A DNA stretch of 64,000 bases from Negaprion brevirostris (taxonomy: Eukaryota). The number at the start of each line of letters is the position of its first letter. The first letter of the stretch is position 1. The stretch is from assembly GCA_030324005.1 (NCBI GenBank), contig JARDVH010000073.1, positions 83,918,934 through 83,982,933 on the forward strand. Direction: 5' to 3'. The position numbers and the translations under genes were made by a program. The notes under the pieces are model-generated. The model saw only the letters and a list, made by a program, of their open reading frames with translations, was not told where the DNA came from and ran no database searches. Positions 62,444 through 64,000 of the stretch are shown here, piece by piece.

Positions 62444-62611
62444 CATATGGCTTAGGTGAGAATAGCCCTGGAGTCAGCATAAAAAGTGTCAATATTCCTG
62501 GTATAGAAATTTCTCTTGTAGCTGGAAAAACAGCCCCACTTGACAAATTGGCTGCCACCACTGTATTGCCATCCAAGTAACTGACCAATGAGTAAGGGCC
62601 TTTTCCCAGCA
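62444..62611 (-). CDS. OTOG: Otogelin internal exon, start of the AbfB-like domain: (V)LGKGPYSLVSYLDGNTVVAANLSSGAVFPATREISIPGILTLFMLTPGLFSPKPY(D)
   Basis: Minus-strand acceptor ttcctgcAG and donor GTAAGT; 168 nt, phase 1/1, no stops. VLGKGPY matches recalled otogelin sequence. Not in the ORF track. Confidence 0.88.
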
Positions 62612-63234
62612 CTGCAGGAAGAAAAATAGATTCAGTTTCATTTAGAAAATTAGTGTATTGTAAATGTGAACTTCAACTGTACCTGCAGTACAGGTACTTC
62701 TTTGCTGACTTGGCATCATTCATTTTAATGTTGTAAGTTAAAAATAACCAGGGGACACCAGGGAGAGTGGGGCCAGAGAATCCCAATGCTGGTGAATAGC
62801 ATACCACTTCTTGCCACTGAGAAACAAGTGTCTGGGAAGCCAGAGAATTCCCCCAGATGCGTTTGTTCATTTTTTTCCTGACCTCTGGTTATTATTCCTC
62901 TTTAAACACTCGGCTTCTCTAAAGAATCAGATTTAATTGACTTTTTATTCTTGACATTTTTCTGTCCCAAATTTTTCTGTAAATAATGGAAACTTTTATT
63001 TGCCAAGCCTTTTTGTGTTACACTTTGATGATTTGTTAATAAAACTTCCTATGTTGGCTACATTCAAACTAAATAAAAGTGGAATATCTATCACTTGAAT
63101 AAAATGGATGCTGTGCCATGAGGAGCATCTAATGTAATTTAATATACTTCTAAGATGGGCTGGAAGTGGATCAAGAACAAGGTGCCACATTTATTCTCTA
63201 TAATTGCATGAACCAAAGTTTGAAAAGAATATCC

Positions 63235-63590
63235 TTTTTAAATTAATTTACAGAATATGGGCTTCATTGACATGGCCAGCATTTGTTGCCCATCCCTAAT
63301 TGTCTTTGAGCAGGCAGTGGTGAACTGCTTTCTTGAACCATTTGAGGTAGGTACACCCACAGTGCCGTTAATAGAAGCAATTCCAGGATTTTGACCCAGC
63401 AACAGCGAAGGAACGGCTAATATGTATCCGAGTCAGGATGGTGAGTGACTTGGAGGAGAACCTCCAGGTGGTGGTGTTTCCAGGTACCTGCTGCCTTTGT
63501 CCTTTAAGATGGTTGTGGTTGTGGCTTTGGAAGGTGTTGCCTAAGGAACCTTGGTGAGTTCCTCCCATCTTGTAGATGGTACACACATCT
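63235..63590 (-). mobile_element. CR1/L2-superfamily LINE 3' end
   Basis: Collinear with 10160-10500 and 44405-44900. Confidence 0.7.
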
Positions 63591-64000
63591 AAGCAAATAT
63601 GTGTACTCAATACATCAGGTCCGAAAAGTTAGAAATCAAAACTAACATTTACACAACAATTTATGAAGTGTTTATAAGTGCTCAATGTTCCTGTTGTACT
63701 TTTGACTATATTATATAATTTATGCAAAATGTTCAGACACCAGTTTGTTTTTAAAAAAAATTTCACGTAATGAGGTTGTATCCAACACTGATTTTCAAAT
63801 CTCCTGTACAGAAAACACTTAGCCCCCTCTAGGGGCTCACTCTTGTTGATAATCAAGTGGCTTCTCTTTATTCAGGCATTAGAGTTCTGACAAACAGGCA
63901 TGATGTGTAAATTCATTAATTTTTTTTGTTTCATTTAGCTGTCTTAAACTCATGCATGCACACAGTGAGCAGTTCATCCACTGTTTGGTGTAAAACAATT

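Noticed and set aside
62612-64000. Search for the preceding otogelin exon (expected YDCD..N-like)
   Set aside because: No supportable candidate; ORF 62673..62870 has no resemblance.

Overview
AT-rich vertebrate genomic DNA with scaffold N-gaps. The repeats (HE1-type tRNA/V-SINEs, Deu-domain SINE remnant, many CR1/L2 LINEs, Penelope-derived palindromes) point to a cartilaginous fish (shark/ray). The whole window lies inside one minus-strand gene, most likely otogelin (OTOG). Seven exons were reconstructed by hand with canonical AG/GT sites and consistent phases: 62444-62611, 59060-59338, 30351-30468, 16893-16972, 12242-14511, 9736-9913 and 4449-4594. They encode the AbfB-like domain, a Cys-rich TIL-like segment, a 756-codon Thr/Ser/Pro mucin-like exon, a Cys-rich linker and the start of the fourth VWD domain. 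The gene start and end are outside the window. The introns contain a decayed ~7.6 kb Gypsy LTR retrotransposon with a tandemly duplicated RT segment, a scrambled RTE LINE, CR1/L2/Tx1 fragments, Harbinger-type MITEs and a transposase remnant, Penelope pLTR palindromes with minimal hammerhead-ribozyme motifs, and a repeat with a U2-snRNA-like head. No new multi-gene system could be demonstrated. The best leads are the hammerhead palindromes, the U2-headed element, the possibly chimeric Gypsy and candidate intronic enhancers. Repeat boundaries are approximate and family names come from recalled motifs, not database searches.
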